From Mytilus californianus (lineage: Eukaryota), in the NCBI RefSeq assembly GCF_021869535.1, contig NW_026262690.1:47554001-47618000 (forward strand): a stretch of DNA of 64,000 nucleotides, given 5' to 3'. A program made the translations under genes and the position numbers. Every line of letters starts with the position of its first letter. Within the stretch, counting starts at the first letter, position 1. The notes under the pieces were generated by a model. The model was given only the letters and a program-made list of their open reading frames with translations. It searched no databases and was not told where the DNA came from. Positions 63,717 to 64,000 of the stretch are shown here, piece after piece.

Positions 63717-64000
63717 AAGGGAAAATCAAACAAAGTACGTGTATTTGAGACAACTACGGACAAATGCGCATATTTTTTTCTATTTTTTACCGTTATATCG
63801 TTCAATTCTCTCATAAAGGATCGTGATTATTCAGGCACGATATAGAAATTATGTGTTCGCTGTTGGTGACTTTGAATGTGAAATTTATACTCAATTTAAT
63901 TCACTTGCTCATGATAATATTTGACATCGAATTCTTTGAACATGGCTCATAGTTAGGTAATATTATTCATCAAGTATTCTCAAAAACCAAAAGTTTTGGT

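Noticed and set aside
63717-64000. N-terminal GIY-YIG endonuclease expected for a Naiad
   Set aside because: All three minus frames have stops and no recognisable motif; the element appears 5'-truncated here.

Overview
AT-rich, intron-containing eukaryotic DNA whose repeat families look like a bivalve mollusc, probably Mytilus-like (inference, not tested). Host content: a tandem cluster of calmodulin-like EF-hand genes that the ORF track largely misses because they are split. Five complete genes were reconstructed by hand (four on -, one on +). All have the calmodulin-type layout ATG / 31 / 144 / ~243 / ~29 bp with GT-AG sites. The first two exons of a probable sixth gene are also present. 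Introns and spacers hold many mobile elements: several families of Penelope-like (Naiad-type) RT elements, a ~7.3 kb non-LTR retrotransposon with a separate SGNH-esterase ORF, a Tc1 transposon, an IS3EU-like element, a tRNA-derived SINE, Helentron-type HINEs, MITEs, and hammerhead-ribozyme-bearing (retrozyme-like) repeats. The most striking signal is the Naiad element at 60.7-63.7 kb (-). It has an in-frame TGA exactly where a sister family in this window has Cys, and a canonical type II SECIS hairpin in its 3' UTR, so it looks like a selenoprotein-encoding retrotransposon. A second Naiad family carries a SECIS-like hairpin of different sequence. Selenoprotein Naiads are already reported from spiders and clams, so the phenomenon is not new in itself. 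All gene models, folds and alignments here were made by eye.
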